Positions 48,905 through 62,234 of a stretch of DNA of 64,000 nucleotides are shown piece after piece (the first letter of the stretch is position 1; each line of letters opens with the position of its first letter). The notes beneath the pieces were generated by a model. That model saw nothing but the letters and a program-made list of their open reading frames with translations. It did not search any database and was not told the DNA's origin. A program made the translations under genes and the position numbers. The stretch comes from Schmidtea polychroa (Eukaryota), in NCBI GenBank assembly GCA_044892525.1, contig CM097885.1:31126001-31190000 (forward strand), given 5' to 3'.

Positions 48905-49828
48905 TCAGTAGGAAATATTTCTCAAAATATAAAAAGTTACAATCATAAAAATAATAATCGAAAATAAAATAAATAATATATAATTAGTTATTGGTGTAGT
49001 TTTATCTTTGATATCTATATTTATGCAATCTCGAAACCAGATATCATTGCGTATTTGATCCAGCTTTATTATTTCCTCTTGTTCATATGCAAGACATTTA
49101 CTAACCAATTCTTTTACTTGATCGGAACACATTGTAAAATTTAATTCTCGTAAGTAAACCCCATTTTCTAATCTAAACGGTGGACATCCTTTCATACATG
49201 TGTAAATGAGACTACCTATTGTGATTACAATACTTTTATTTACATCACATGTTTTTCTTTTTAACACCTCTGGGTTACAATACCCAATTGTTCCACATAA
49301 CATTCTGAATTCCGGATATTCATTTTCAATATCGTAAAGTGCATCTTCGTAATCAAGAATCTTTACTTGATATGTTGATTTATTAAGCATAATATTTTGA
49401 GGTTTAATATCCAGGTGATAAATGCCTTTTTTTGCTAATTTCTCAATGGCAATAATTACATTGTATATGATTTTCTTGATACATGCTTCATGGCGTTGCT
49501 CTATTAAAATGTATTTAAATAATTCAATCCATTCACCAGTCAAATGTTCCATTACAATTGAAAATTTGTTTTGACATCGGAAATGATCAATAATTTTTGG
49601 GCAGATTTTATCATCATTGATTAATTGATTAAAATGCATTTCAACAGGAATGAGAAATGGATATTTTGAATTTGAAATGAATAATCTAGTTTTTGATTTA
49701 TAAAAGCTTTTAATTACCACAGTTTTATTTGTAGCATTGCGCTTTGAATTATTTTCAGCAATGTAAACTATACTTTTATCTGATGAATTTAGAGTTTTAA
49801 TATATCTATATTTATCAGAATTAATCAT
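48905..49828 (-). CDS. Intronless divergent Ser/Thr kinase (PIM/CAMK-like) with C-terminal hydrophobic segment
   Basis: VVIK, IPVEMHF, YHLDIKPQNIML, KILDYE, CGTIGYCNPE; tail YILFILFSIIIFMIVTFYIL. Confidence 0.85.
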   Translation of the reverse strand: MINSDKYRYIKTLNSSDKSIVYIAENNSKRNATNKTVVIKSFYKSKTRLFISNSKYPFLIPVEMHFNQLINDDKICPKIIDHFRCQNKFSIVMEHLTGEWIELFKYILIEQRHEACIKKIIYNVIIAIEKLAKKGIYHLDIKPQNIMLNKSTYQVKILDYEDALYDIENEYPEFRMLCGTIGYCNPEVLKRKTCDVNKSIVITIGSLIYTCMKGCPPFRLENGVYLRELNFTMCSDQVKELVSKCLAYEQEEIIKLDQIRNDIWFRDCINIDIKDKTTPITNYILFILFSIIIFMIVTFYILRNISY

Positions 49829-50149
49829 TGTAATTTTTTGTTTTAATTATGTCTAATTTAATTTTTAAATAGTAGTATTTTATGAATATTCCCTATTTAT
49901 TTCTTTTATTATTGAATAAAATTAATAGAAATTATTAAATTATTATTTTAATGTCTTTTTTATCTTTTTTTTATCCTATCTAAATTTTCATTGTAACAAT
50001 TAATCAAACAAACTATTTGTTAATATTAATCTAAATTATTATTTTTTATACCAAAATTGAATATTCACTTTGTGTATACATATATAATGATTTATATAAT
50101 AATGAATTTTTGCAGATGGATTTTTTGATAAAAACTGTACCATGTAGAG

Positions 50150-52394
50150 CAGGGATGCACAAAGTGCAGCCCGCGGGCCACACGCGGCCCTTTAGAATAA
50201 TTTGTGCGGCCCTCGTGTATATTTAATATATTTATTTAAATATTTATATAAAAAATTTTCAGAAATTGCAGCACTAAAAAATAGATTTTCAGTTTTCACT
50301 AAAAAATTAGAAATGCAGCACTTTTTTATTACACTAAAAATTATTCTGCTGGGTGATTTCAAAATAATCGAAAATCTTGTATTTTGCGATATTACAGATT
50401 TGATATAAATTGCATAAATTTAATATAAATTGCATAAATTTAATATAAATTGCACAGATTTAATAAAAACTCTAACTACAAAGTATTTGTTTTGTATATT
50501 TGTTTGTACCAAGCTAGAATTCAAAAAATCTTCGCAACATAAATAGCTACTAGTTATAAATTTTATAATATAAAATTAAAAAATAACGCTTTCTAATTTT
50601 CTCTGGTGTGGTAATTACAATAAGTATGTAAGTTTTTATTTTATATATTTTTTAATTAACTAAGTTTTATAAATGCTACTTACTATTAGCCCTGCAACAG
50701 AATGACTTCAGTCAAACGAAAATTAGAATCCGAAAACAGGAAATTTAATAATTCTTGGACTGATAAATATTTTGTGTTCGAACACAATAATAAAGTTATA
50801 TGCTTGATTTGTCAAATAAAGATAAATTGTATGAAGGAGTTTAACATAAAGAGGCACCATACACATCCGGAATATGAGAATATTGTGGGCATATCACGGG
50901 AAGAAAAGATCAATTGCTTTAAACGTGGTATTACTGCTCAGCAGCAGATTTTTAAAAAATTACATAAAGAATCAGAAGTCGTTTCTGAAATTAGCTGCGA
51001 TTTGTAATTGTTGATCGCTAAAACAAGTCGGCCTTTCACTGAAGGAGAATTTATTAAACAGTGCTTATTAACAGTGGGAAAGAAATTTCTCCTGAAATAA
51101 CAAAAAAGGTTGAAAATATATCTTTGACCAGAACAACAGTTCAGCGTCATGTGGTTGAAATGGCTGATGACATCTTTGATCAGTTCAAAGAAAAAACTGA
51201 AGATATTAGATATTTTTCTCTGGCTGTTGATGAGTCAACCGATATTTCTTCAACGGCACAATTGATGATATTTTTCCGTGGTGTAACTAACAATTTTGAA
51301 ATTTATGAAGAATTATTGGCGGTTAGTTCATTAAAAGACCGTTCGACTGGAAGTGATTTGCTGACGAGTTTACTAAACGAATGTGAAAAAGCTGGCCTTG
51401 ATTTAAAAAAAAACTTGCTGGTATTACTACAGATGGTGCACCTTCCATGATTGGTGCAAACAATGGTATGGTATCATTGCTGAAGAATAGTCTTGGTAAT
51501 CGAAACTTAGAATTATTTCGGTTCCATTGCATTATACATCAACAAAATCTTTGTGGAAAAGACTTAGGATTCGATCATGTAATGAAGGTAGTCGTATCAG
51601 TAGTAAATTTCATAAAAAATAGAGGTCTCAACCACCGACAGTTCAAATCTTTTCTTGAAGAAATAGAAGCTGAGTACCATGACCTCATTTATTATTGTGA
51701 AGTCAGATGGTTAAGCCGCGGAAAAAGATTACAAAGATTTTCTGATTTGTTGGAAGAAATTGAAGTGTTCCTAAATGAAAAGCAAAAGCCTTTTCAAGAG
51801 CTTTCTAATGACAGGTGGCTTTGCGATTTTGCATTTCTTGTGGAAATAACCACGCATCTAAATATTCTCAATTTAAAGTTGCAGGGTAAAAATCAATTTA
51901 TTTCAGAAATGGCAAACCACGTGGAATCATTTGAAAACAAATTAACTTTATTCCAAAAAAATCTAACGGATAAAATTTTGCATCATTTTCCTACATGTCA
52001 AAAATATTTTCCGCGACACTCCGCGGATTATGATTTTTACGTAAGTAAAATTCAGTTACTGAAAAATGTTTTTGAATCAAGATTTGCTGATTTCAAAAAA
52101 TTGAAAACTGATTTCCAGCTATTTGCTGATCCGTTTTCAGTTAATATCGATGAAGTTAATCAAGATTAAAACTTGACATCAAATATTTTAAAAATTGTTA
52201 ATAAAAAACAATGTCATATTGCTCCAAAAAAAATTAAATTAATTATTTCAACTAAATTAAAATGCATTTTTTGTATATAGAAACCGGGTTATAATTTAAA
52301 ATTTTACAGATTAGGTGTTTTTTCTAAATGTGGCCCTCATAGAATGTATTATTAGAAAATGTGGCACCCATACTGAAAAGTCTGTGCATCCCTG
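50150..52394 (+). mobile_element. hAT (SPIN/GTF2IRD2-like) transposon, both ends intact
   Basis: TIR CAGGGATGCACA / TGTGCATCCCTG; perfect 8-bp TSD ATGTAGAG (50142-50149, 52395-52402). Confidence 0.95.
50702..52169 (+). pseudogene. Disrupted hAT transposase
   Basis: ICLIC..KEFNIKRH finger, FSLAVDESTDIS, TTDGAPSM, FHCIIHQQ, YCEVRWLSRG; one stop, two frameshifts, C-terminal dimerisation domain absent. Confidence 0.9.
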
Positions 52395-53832
52395 ATGTAG
52401 AGTGTTGTCAATAAAGCTTTACTGCTACTTGTGATTAAGTCAGGTTCAATATTACGGTTGATAGTATTGAAAGTCATCAATCAAGTATGGTTTTTTTATG
52501 TTTAAATAATAATTTTTATTAAAACACTTGAGTGTTGACTGTATTTTTCAAATAACGTTTATTCTACTTGTTGGGGTTGTTGATAAAATTAAATATTACC
52601 AATCATTGATCTGACTCCAATTGTGTCTTGATATATTAACATAAATAACAGGTTTCTGATGTTGCTAATATTTATTATCTATTACAATTACAATCGATTT
52701 GATTTCTGTTGACACAACTGTGCAACAGATTCACTACTCAAAATTGAAGGCGTAGGGCTTATTATAGCATACGGTTTGCAACAGCTCAATTCAGTTATCT
52801 TTAATATACCTCTCGGTTGATTTTATCCATTCTTTCCGATTTCCGTTCAAATATAATAAAAATAAAGTTAATGGGGATCCCTAGAAGAAATTAATTACAA
52901 AAAACTAAAATTAATTAAATAATTAATTAGCTAATCGAAAACCCGAGTCAATGGAAAACCCAAGCTAATGGGAGGTTCGAGCCAATGGAAAACCTGAACA
53001 GTGTAAGAGGACCCGAGAGATCAATTTAGTTAGGTAAAAGCAATCGAATTAACCGAAGAGTAATTAAATTCGGGTAGACTATCAATAAATGAATAAATTG
53101 CCCAAACCAACTAAGTCGGCAAGTGGAAACCCGGAGAAAAGTATCAAAAAGTACCACCACATGATATTACAGGGAGTAAAAAATAGGAGTAAAGGGGATT
53201 TAACTTAATGTTAAAGAAATCATTTTGAATCTAGCGTACCAGAAAGGACATCTCCCGTTGGAAGATTTATCCCTGCGTAAGATTCAGGTTGGAATTGAAA
53301 AGTGTGCAGAGTTATTGATAGTTATGTAAACGGAGATTGTTTCATTAAAGTGTGTAATAAAAGAAAGTGTAATTGTGATATTTTTGAATAAATATTATTA
53401 AATAGGGTTGTTTGATTTGCTTAATGAAAGGACACTAAGGAATCAGACAGTGGTACCGACTTGCACAAAAAACCGAAAACGATTATGAAACGCATTTACT
53501 GAACCGACTAATAGATTATAATTTGACGAATCATATCGTATTAGTGAAGACATGCTGTAATTATCATATCAAACAATTTGGTGAGGATAATAGAGATGCT
53601 ATTGATACGCTCTTTGTACGTATCAATAAGAACCTAGTGGTTTCTGAAAGCAGATCATTTTTAGGTGGTCCATCAAATAAATTTTATGGAGAAAATAATC
53701 AAATAGCTTTTAAACCAGATTTTTTAATTGAAATTTGAAAATGTGTACCCAAGATTTCGAAATAGCACCAAGTACAGCTCTATTTTCAGTATGGAAGATA
53801 ATAAGTGAGGAAATTATAAACAATGCTAGTAG

Positions 53833-54980
53833 ATGGATATGTCCCTTCCACACTATGTCCCATCCACATCAAATGGCCGATATTATGAATTTTCAGACGA
53901 ACCAAACATGGAAGAAACTGAAATTGATGGTGCGGATGTGCATGAGAATCGCGAATCTCCTATAAAGAAATCGTATGCCAAATCCACCCGGGACGTTAAA
54001 ATGGTGCTAATAAGCATGGTCACAGTGGACGGGAAAACAATAAGGGAAGCAGCATCTGCTTACAGAATTAATGAGAGCACCGCGAGAACGATAATAAACA
54101 ACTACAAGCGTAAAGGAACTTTTATTGTAGGAAAAAGAGGTGGTAACAATAAAACAAAAATTACTGATAATATACTAGACAGAATTGAATTTTTTGTGGA
54201 GAACCATAATCAAACTACTTTAAAAATAATAAAAAACAAACTTGAAGCCGAAGGAGTGTCTTTATCAACCACGTCTGTGTCTAAATGTCTTGAGAAGCTT
54301 CGTATTACATGTAAAATGGCTTCTCGTGAACTTGAACGAGTAAATTTACCAGAAACCATTGAAAAGAGACGACGATACGCATTGGATTTTGCCCGAAATG
54401 CTCCCGCGCTGAAAGAGAAATGCATTTTTATAGACGAATGTGGTTTTAATCTACATATTCGTCGAACTACCGCCCGCTCAAAAATTGGAACAAGGGCAAA
54501 TATCGTGATGCCAACAGTGAGAGGTCGAAATGTAACTGTTATTGCAGCAATGAATTCAAACAAAATTATTCATAGCCGCATTGTTGACGACAGTACTTGT
54601 ACAAGTTCAATATTCGGTGATTTTTTAATGAGATAATTGCGATTATTCAACGCGATGAGATTTACAATGGTGTATGGATAGTTTTAGATAATGCTCAAAT
54701 TCATAAAACTGATTATATACGAAACATCTTTACCGATACCGGATTTGTATTGAAATTTCTCTCACCCTATTCATACATGCTGAATCCCATCGAAAATGCA
54801 TGGAGTAAGTTGAAGAGTTTCGTCAAGAATATTTTATCATCGAATGTGGATAATGTAAATCTACGGGATATTATCTGTAATGGCTTGAACAATATTAACC
54901 CGGGTGATTGTTGTGGATATGTTATGCATATGATGAATAACATTTCAAAAGCAGTGGCAGGAGAGCGATTTAAAATTTGA
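53833..54980 (+). pseudogene. Tc1/IS630-superfamily DD34E transposase with a single 1-nt frameshift near 54628
   Basis: HTH region, IFIDECG, then VLDNAQIH-(34 aa between D and E)-LNPIE; restoring one A in TTTTTAATGAG joins the frames. Confidence 0.88.
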
Positions 54981-55047
54981 AAGATCATGTTTGATTAAAG
55001 TCGTCTTATTTGAAATATAAATTCACGTCTTTTACAGTTTTATAACT

Positions 55048-55180
55048 AGTGTCCAATTTAACTTTTAAAATGTCCAATTCAACTTTTAAAGTGTCCAATT
55101 CAACTTTTAAAGTGTCCAATTCAAATTCGAAAGTGTCTAATTTAAAATGGAAAGTGTCTAATTTAACGCGAAAATGCTAT
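55048..55180. repeat. 21-bp subterminal repeats (GTGTCCAATTCAACTTTTAAA), about 5 copies; likely right end of the DD34E element
   Basis: Directly visible after the transposase stop; matching left end not found. Confidence 0.75.
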
Positions 55181-55189
55181 AGATGCATT

Positions 55190-56874
55190 ACCAGAATTAA
55201 TTATCAAATACAATAATAAAATTCATAGATCAATAGGTGTTACACCAAAAGAATCTAGTGACAATCCTGATTTAATAAAGAAAATTACATGGGAAAATAA
55301 AAATGCTGATAATAATTTACAAGAAAAACAAAAATTTAAAATTGAAGACAGAGTTCGAATATTTAAATGGAAAAAATACATTTGAAAAAGGTGCAACACA
55401 TAAATGGAGTAGAGAAATTTTAAAATTTCAGAAATCAACAGCACAAAACCAATAACCTATAGAATTCAAGATACAAGTGGTGAGGAAATTCTAGGTAGAT
55501 TTTATCAAAACTAACTACAAACAACTATATTCTAGTAGTATTTAATTAAAATTTCTTTAAAAAATGACAATCGCTCTGGACGAAAAAATAAGAAGAATAA
55601 TATCATCAGGAAAATCAGAATCTGTTGAATACAATAAACAAAAGTATACCTTGGGAAAAAGAAAATTGAAAGAATTAGAGAAGTAGAAGCAAGGGAACAA
55701 GAAAATTCTGGTGGCATTCTTCCATTTGCAAAACGGTAAAGGAAGGACAACTAGATGAAGCTTCAAAAATTAAATTTTGGAGAAACAGGAACAACAACCA
55801 CAAGTCAAGGAACAATAAGAAAAAGGAATTTATTTAGATCTATATCAAGGTAAGTGTCTTTATTTAGATTCATATCAAGGCAAGATTATTTGTAATTATT
55901 TAAAATCCATAGACAAGGATAAAAAAAAATTATTTTAAAAAGGAGCCTTAAAGAAGCTAAAAATGACCATCTTCATGCTCCAATCCAAGGTTATGGAATA
56001 TTTATTTTACCATACAAAGTAATACATATATTATAAATAATATAATATTATTGGTTAAACATACAAGAAAAATTAATCCACCAGCCCCAAGTGAGCTTGG
56101 TTGAGAAAATTTAGAAACTACCGCGCCTGCCTCTTCGGGGCGTCAGTATATGTTGATTTTTTCAGTCTTTATATTTGAATAACTTGGACTTGCATGTTTT
56201 ATGTTTGTTTTAAAAAATTATACTTTAGTTTTGTACCTTTTTTAAAATTTTGATTTGTGAAATTTTGGAAAAGTTGTTTTTGGGACTTTTTTTTAAATTT
56301 GGGAAAAATAATTTTTGAGAATAATAAATTTGGGAAAATTTGAGAAATTTAATTTTGGGACTTTTTAAATTTTGGGGATTTTTTGATTTGGAAATATTTT
56401 ATAAATATTCCATGTGATTTTTTCTAGTAATTTGTTGATTTTTTTCCAAGTAATTTTATATACAAATTTCTAAGTTGTGTGACCTTAAAATTTTCAAATT
56501 TATCCAGGCATTTATATTTTTCAAAATTTTTTCTAAGTCAAGTGGTGTGACCTTTACTTTAAAGTACTTTCATTTTTTTAAAAAAAAATTTCTAAGTATT
56601 TTATTAAAGCTTTTGTTCATTGTCTTACTGTGTGTTGAAGAATATGATTTTATTTCTATAATATAAGATTTTCTATGTTTGATAATATATGAATGATGTT
56701 AAATTATGGTATTTGATGTTGATGTTAGAGACTTTGGAGCTCATTTCCATGGAAACTATTCATTTTTCTATATAATGATAATATTTCTTTATGTCCGTTA
56801 TAAAATTCCGAGTTAAAAATTTTTTTTTCCAGGGAGGTGGGGGTAGTGGCGTGGAAGGGACATATCCATCTACT
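55190..56874 (+). mobile_element. Degenerate Polinton/Maverick right-end relic (integrase C-terminus, small-ORF relics, terminus)
   Basis: KFKIEDRVRIFKWK..FEKGATHKWSREIF..KPITYRIQDTSGEEILGRFYQN (Maverick integrase tail), then GGILPF and GIYLDLYQGKCLYLDSYQG motifs; G-rich end finishing ...CATCTACT. Confidence 0.7.
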
Positions 56875-57013
56875 AATGCTTGATGTTAAAATTTAAATTG
56901 TTCAGTTTGTTTTTATTTACAAGGTTTTGCATTTCTATAATCACGTGTTTGCATTTCTATAATCACATAAAAAATAACTCAAAAAAATAAAGCAATTTCA
57001 ATAAATTATTTAT

Positions 57014-57800
57014 TCAGATAAACATCTCTTTCATTCTTGCTTTATCAAGCCATATTCTCATATTTCGGTAAAATCCTTGACATTGAATTGAATAATCATT
57101 ATCAGGAGAAAAATTCTGAGAAATACATTGTTCAAGAGAGATCTCGGGATTATTATTCTTAACAGAATAATATCTTGCTTTTATCATAGAAAAAAACTCT
57201 TCAATCTGATTTAGTTCTGGCGAATGAGAAGTTAAAAATTTGAAAGCTATTCCTTTTGCTCTAAAAGTTTTCTCTACTTCAGCTGCTTTGTGGATTCTAG
57301 CATGATCCATTATAAGTATCTTTCTCGGATTTAGTCTAAAATATGGAACTAGCTTATTCTCTACGAATTGAATGAATGAATTTGAACTAAATGAGCCTGT
57401 CCCCACTCTGATGCGATTAAACCACTTAAACTAATAGCACACATTAAACTTCGGTTAATTCCCCTATTTGCTGTCACATTGATATACGCAGGAGTGTTGA
57501 CACTGGAATAGCCATATTTTCGATAAGTATGTTGGCTAAATCCAGTTTCATCAAGAAATACAAGGTTTTCATCGGAAAATCGACAAATATCTGCAGCATA
57601 TATTGCTCGTTCATCAAGTCTCGCTGCTGTATTTCGTTCTCTGGGCACTAAACAAGCCTTTTCTTGTAATATTCATCTGTTTCATTTTTCTTGAAATTGT
57701 GGAGCTAGAAATATCAACGTCCAACTGTTAAGACACTTTTTGCTTTATTTCATCAATAATCAAGGAGCTGTTACAAGCAATAGAATTTGGTGGGTTACTG
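57014..57800 (-). pseudogene. Second Tc1/IS630 DD34E transposase, frameshifted and 5'-truncated
   Basis: VFLDETGF, IMDHARIH-(34 aa)-LNQIEEFF split over ORFs 57361-57648 and 57014-57406. Confidence 0.85.
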
Positions 57801-58384
57801 ATGATCAAATATTTTGCTCTTTAGTGCTGTTTCCAGCGTAACCCAGAATACAATTTATAGCTGACCACTTGATACCCGTTGAGCAATCAACGTTGGTACT
57901 GTATCAAGGGTTTGGGTACTAGCAAAAAGTGAGCACGTTTAACATACTATAATTGTCTAGCACCCACTGGGGTTCACGGACTACCGTTAGAAGGTTTATG
58001 TCCGCTTTACATGGTCCCTGTCGTCGGATAGTGCTCCCGATAACCTGTTAACGTGTCTTGTATTCTTCCACAATGTCAGCTCACCCCACCATTCGTATAA
58101 ATCATCATTATTCATGGGTCAATCTGTCCTACCTTACCTGAAGATGGGCCAACTTTTCCGTCTTCGTTGGATCTCCTTGCGTCTGACATCTAAATGAGAT
58201 TTGTTACCTAAAGTTGTCCATTGCTCTACTTAATTATGGTTTAAATGCTCATCGCGTCTGGTCCACTCTGTCAACCTATCCCGACAGGCTACTTAGACCG
58301 CCTTATCACACCATTCCACGAAAATTTGCAACTAGTCTAAATTTTAATCTTATATTAATTTAGCCTAAAACTAATATTCCATCG

Positions 58385-58518
58385 GAAAAATTAAAATTTT
58401 ATAATAAATTAAAGTAATAAATCTTTAACCCAAATTAATAAATTAAGTTAGTGAAAAATTAAAATTTTATAATAAATTAAAGTAATAAATCTTTAACTTA
58501 AATTAATAAATTAAGTTA
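58385..58518. repeat. Tandem duplication of about 68 bp
   Basis: GAAAAATTAAAATTTTATAATAAATTAAAGTAATAAATCTTTAAC..AAATTAATAAATTAAGTTA twice. Confidence 0.88.
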
Positions 58519-59629
58519 TATTATTAAATATTTGTTTTAAATGATGACGTGATAGTCATTTACTTATCACCCCAAAGCGGTGAATTTAAATTTTTATATT
58601 TATTTAGGAATTAAATTTTTAAGTAATTATGTATGAAATTGCCACTGTATGCGACCTCGCTGAGAAAGAAGCACTAGCATCGAACTTTGTTTTCGAAATG
58701 CTTGCTTCTTCCTCAGTTGCGGCAGTCAGCAGCGGCACAATCCACATTTATACTCTTTCAGTTTGGTAATTTATATTGTTACATTTATTTTCACTAATTT
58801 TTCAGGTACAAGTTAGCAGGAATTGTTCCCTTTTTTAGGTTCTGGTCACTCGCTGTGGCTATTTTAGTAGATAGTGGAGAGGCTTATTTTTAAATATTCG
58901 AACGGAAAGTTTACAACTGAAATCGATTTTAAACCCAAAATAGAAAGATTAGTCGGAGCACACAGGTATAAATTACTTAGTAAACTTTTCAGGAAAAGGT
59001 GAATTTCCATTCATTATTGGAATTCTATCGGCTCTCAAAACGAACAATTTGCACAATAAAAGTTCCTATTTTGTTTAGTTATTTTTTCTTTTTATTCATT
59101 CATTCTTATGCTTTCTTATTCTATTTATAATAATAATAATAACATTGATAGCAGTAATAATAATAATAGTAATAATAATAATAATGATGATAATAATAAT
59201 CGTAGTAATAATAATAACACTAAGGGTAATAATGAGAATAATAATACATGCAAAATTATAAAAAAAATTTTTAGGATTATAGGACGACTAGAATTAACCT
59301 TAATTCTTGTTATTATACAACTTGGGGTCTTTATGGGGAAAGGTGGTCATATTTTTATAAGGTTGTTTTATAAATCTATATATACATACACATATCCACA
59401 CCTATATATATATATATATATATATATACATACCTATATATGGATATAATTTAAATTAATAATATTGATGTCGTTTTCCGGGGGGGGGGTGTTACTAAAA
59501 ATAGATTTTAGTGATTTTCCGTAATTTTATTGGAAGATAGGGCCATTGAAGCTAAATTTAGAGATAGGGGAATCCCAAAATCAATAGTTTGGTTTATAAT
59601 TTTATTTTCATGAAATAAAGATAATTATT

Positions 59630-59635
59630 TTAATA

Positions 59636-59677
<42 letters not shown>

Positions 59678-59731
59678 TAATAGTAATAATAATAATGAGA
59701 GTGATAATGTTACTGGTAACAATACTAATAC

Positions 59732-59806
<75 letters not shown>

Positions 59807-59850
59807 GAATAAGAATAATAATAATAATATTAATAACGATAATAATAATA
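59630..59850. repeat. Imperfect (AAT)n tract; another at 59128-59246
   Basis: Directly visible. Confidence 0.92.
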
Positions 59851-59869
59851 AATATAAATTTATATTTGT

Positions 59870-61145
59870 ATAAGATTACCACATATGGGGGGAGGGGTCA
59901 TTTACGAAAATTTATGAATTTATATTTTTAAATGAACTATAATTTAACTGTCTATGAATATGATATAATTCAGTATACCTACGTAATAGTTAATGGCTAC
60001 ATGATTTGAGGGGGGTCGGTTAAATAAAAATACAAGTTATATTTTTAAAGGTAATATAAGTTGAACATATCTGAAAACAAATTAAATTAGTACTTTTGGG
60101 GTAATCCTTAATGACCATATGGTCTGAAGGGGGTCATTTATGAAAATGTACAATTTATAGTTTTAAATATAATATAAGTTAAATATATATTAAGATAGGC
60201 TAATTTAGTATATTTAGGTGGTAGTTGATGACTATATGGTTTGTAGGGGGGTCATTCATAAAAATTTACAATTTACATTTTTAAATATAATATAAGTTAA
60301 ATATGTATTAAAATAAGCTAATTTAGTATATTTAGGTGGTAGTTGATGACTATATGGTTTATGGGGGGGTCTTTAATGAAAAATTTTCAACTATGATTTT
60401 AAAAGTAATATAAGTTAAGTATATATATAAAATAGTCTAAGTTAATGCTTTAAGGGAGTGGTTAATGGTTATATGATTTAAGAGAAAGTTATTTATGGAA
60501 AAATTATAAATTATAGTTTTATAAATTTGGTATCTGTACATATATATGTTAATTTACATTGCTTTCGACTATTCGGTAACTTAGGGGGTAGTTAGGGAAA
60601 GTTTAATAATTTATAATTTTATGGATTTATTTTCAATTTATAAGTAAGTTAAATCAGCACTCTTGACATAAATTTGAGCTACCATACTACTTGAGGGAGG
60701 CATCTGTGAAAAAAGGTAAATCATACTTTTATAAGTTCTAATATGCTTATATATGCTTTATATTATTAACATTAGCCCCTTTTGGTTATGATATAACTTA
60801 GGGGGGGGGGTACTAATGAAAGATTACAAATTATACTTTATAAGTTCAAAATGTGCAATTATAGTTTGGAATATTTCTTTGAACATGTGTTTTGGCTATT
60901 ATACAGCCTGAGTGGGTATTTAGGGAAAATTTTATAAATTATAGTTTTGAGTTTATTATACATGTATGTATTTTAGATTAATATTTTTAACATTGATTTT
61001 GACTATTATACAATTTGAGGAAAAAAAAAATAAAAATTTTCTTAGAAAATTAAAATACATACTCAAGAGAATCTAGTATGTATATATAATTTATATTAAT
61101 AATCCTAAGGTTTTTCTTATTGCTACACCTCTTAGGGGTGGGACA
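59870..61145 (+). repeat. Degenerate satellite with ~105-120-bp period marked by G-runs
   Basis: G-run/TCATTTATGAAAA-like units near 59886, 60008, 60128, 60246, 60362, 60480, 60585, 60695, 60800, 60912, 61018, 61135. Confidence 0.8.
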
Positions 61146-62234
61146 GTTGTACTTGAAAGTCTATATTTTCCTTGGTTTTGATTTATGCTTCATGTTGAAA
61201 TAATATTTATGCTTGTAAGTTATCCATGTAGCCTTGTTTTGGTTATGATGGAGAACAATTTTAACGTAGATCTATTTTGTGGATCCCTATATCATATCTA
61301 GAGAAATTTATGCCTGTAAAATATCATTTCAACAACTTTTGAGTCGAATGAAAAGCACTTTTAGTGGAAAATTGTTTTTGTTATGAATCTATATATTGTA
61401 ATTACATAACATTTGTGTCGACAATTTACTTTTTATAGCTATTCAACTTAGTGTAGAATAATGTGAAGATGTTGCCCGAACTTATAAGTTATAGATATAA
61501 TATTAGTAGTTTATAGATAAAGAGACTTTGTCAATATGTCTACGGGAATTTGCGCATACCAAGACCATTACGATAGAGAAATTTAGTTTGCATCAAAATA
61601 GGTTATTTTGTGGGCATCTATAGATATTAGTTCGCTTACCAGTGCGATTGAGATTATATCATCTTAGGTCCTACTCATCGCATGAACTTTAGGTTGCAGT
61701 ATTCTTACAGGGAATAGTTCAGAATTTTTAAGTTTTTAATTGCCTTAAAAAGTTTTGCGCAGGGATCTCCCTGTTATTTTGAGTTAATTAGTTTCTTAGG
61801 TTCACCTCGACTTTATCGTTTAAGAGGGATTCGTTTAGAAATAACCAGCTACACTCACATGTTCTATTGTGTGAAATTTGAGTCAAGGGATATTCCCCGT
61901 TTATCAGTTCCTAATGTTGTGTGCAAAATAGTATAATTTAAGTGTTATTTTAGATATGTAAGTTAACGAAAAGGTCAATTTAATTAAAATTTACCTACTT
62001 TCCCGACTACACTGAGTACGGTACGATATGCCCTATTGTAATATGTATCCACAATTAGTTTCCCATAATTATTTCGTCCGCATAGTCCCTGTGACTATGC
62101 CAACTACCAAGAAGGATTTATACGCCCTACTCATGGTTAAACACCAATAGTTCGTGGCGACCTCTGGTTAAGATTATGATTTTAGTGCATGTAGGGTCGA
62201 GGACCCGAAATCGTTATGAACTGTGCATTCATAA

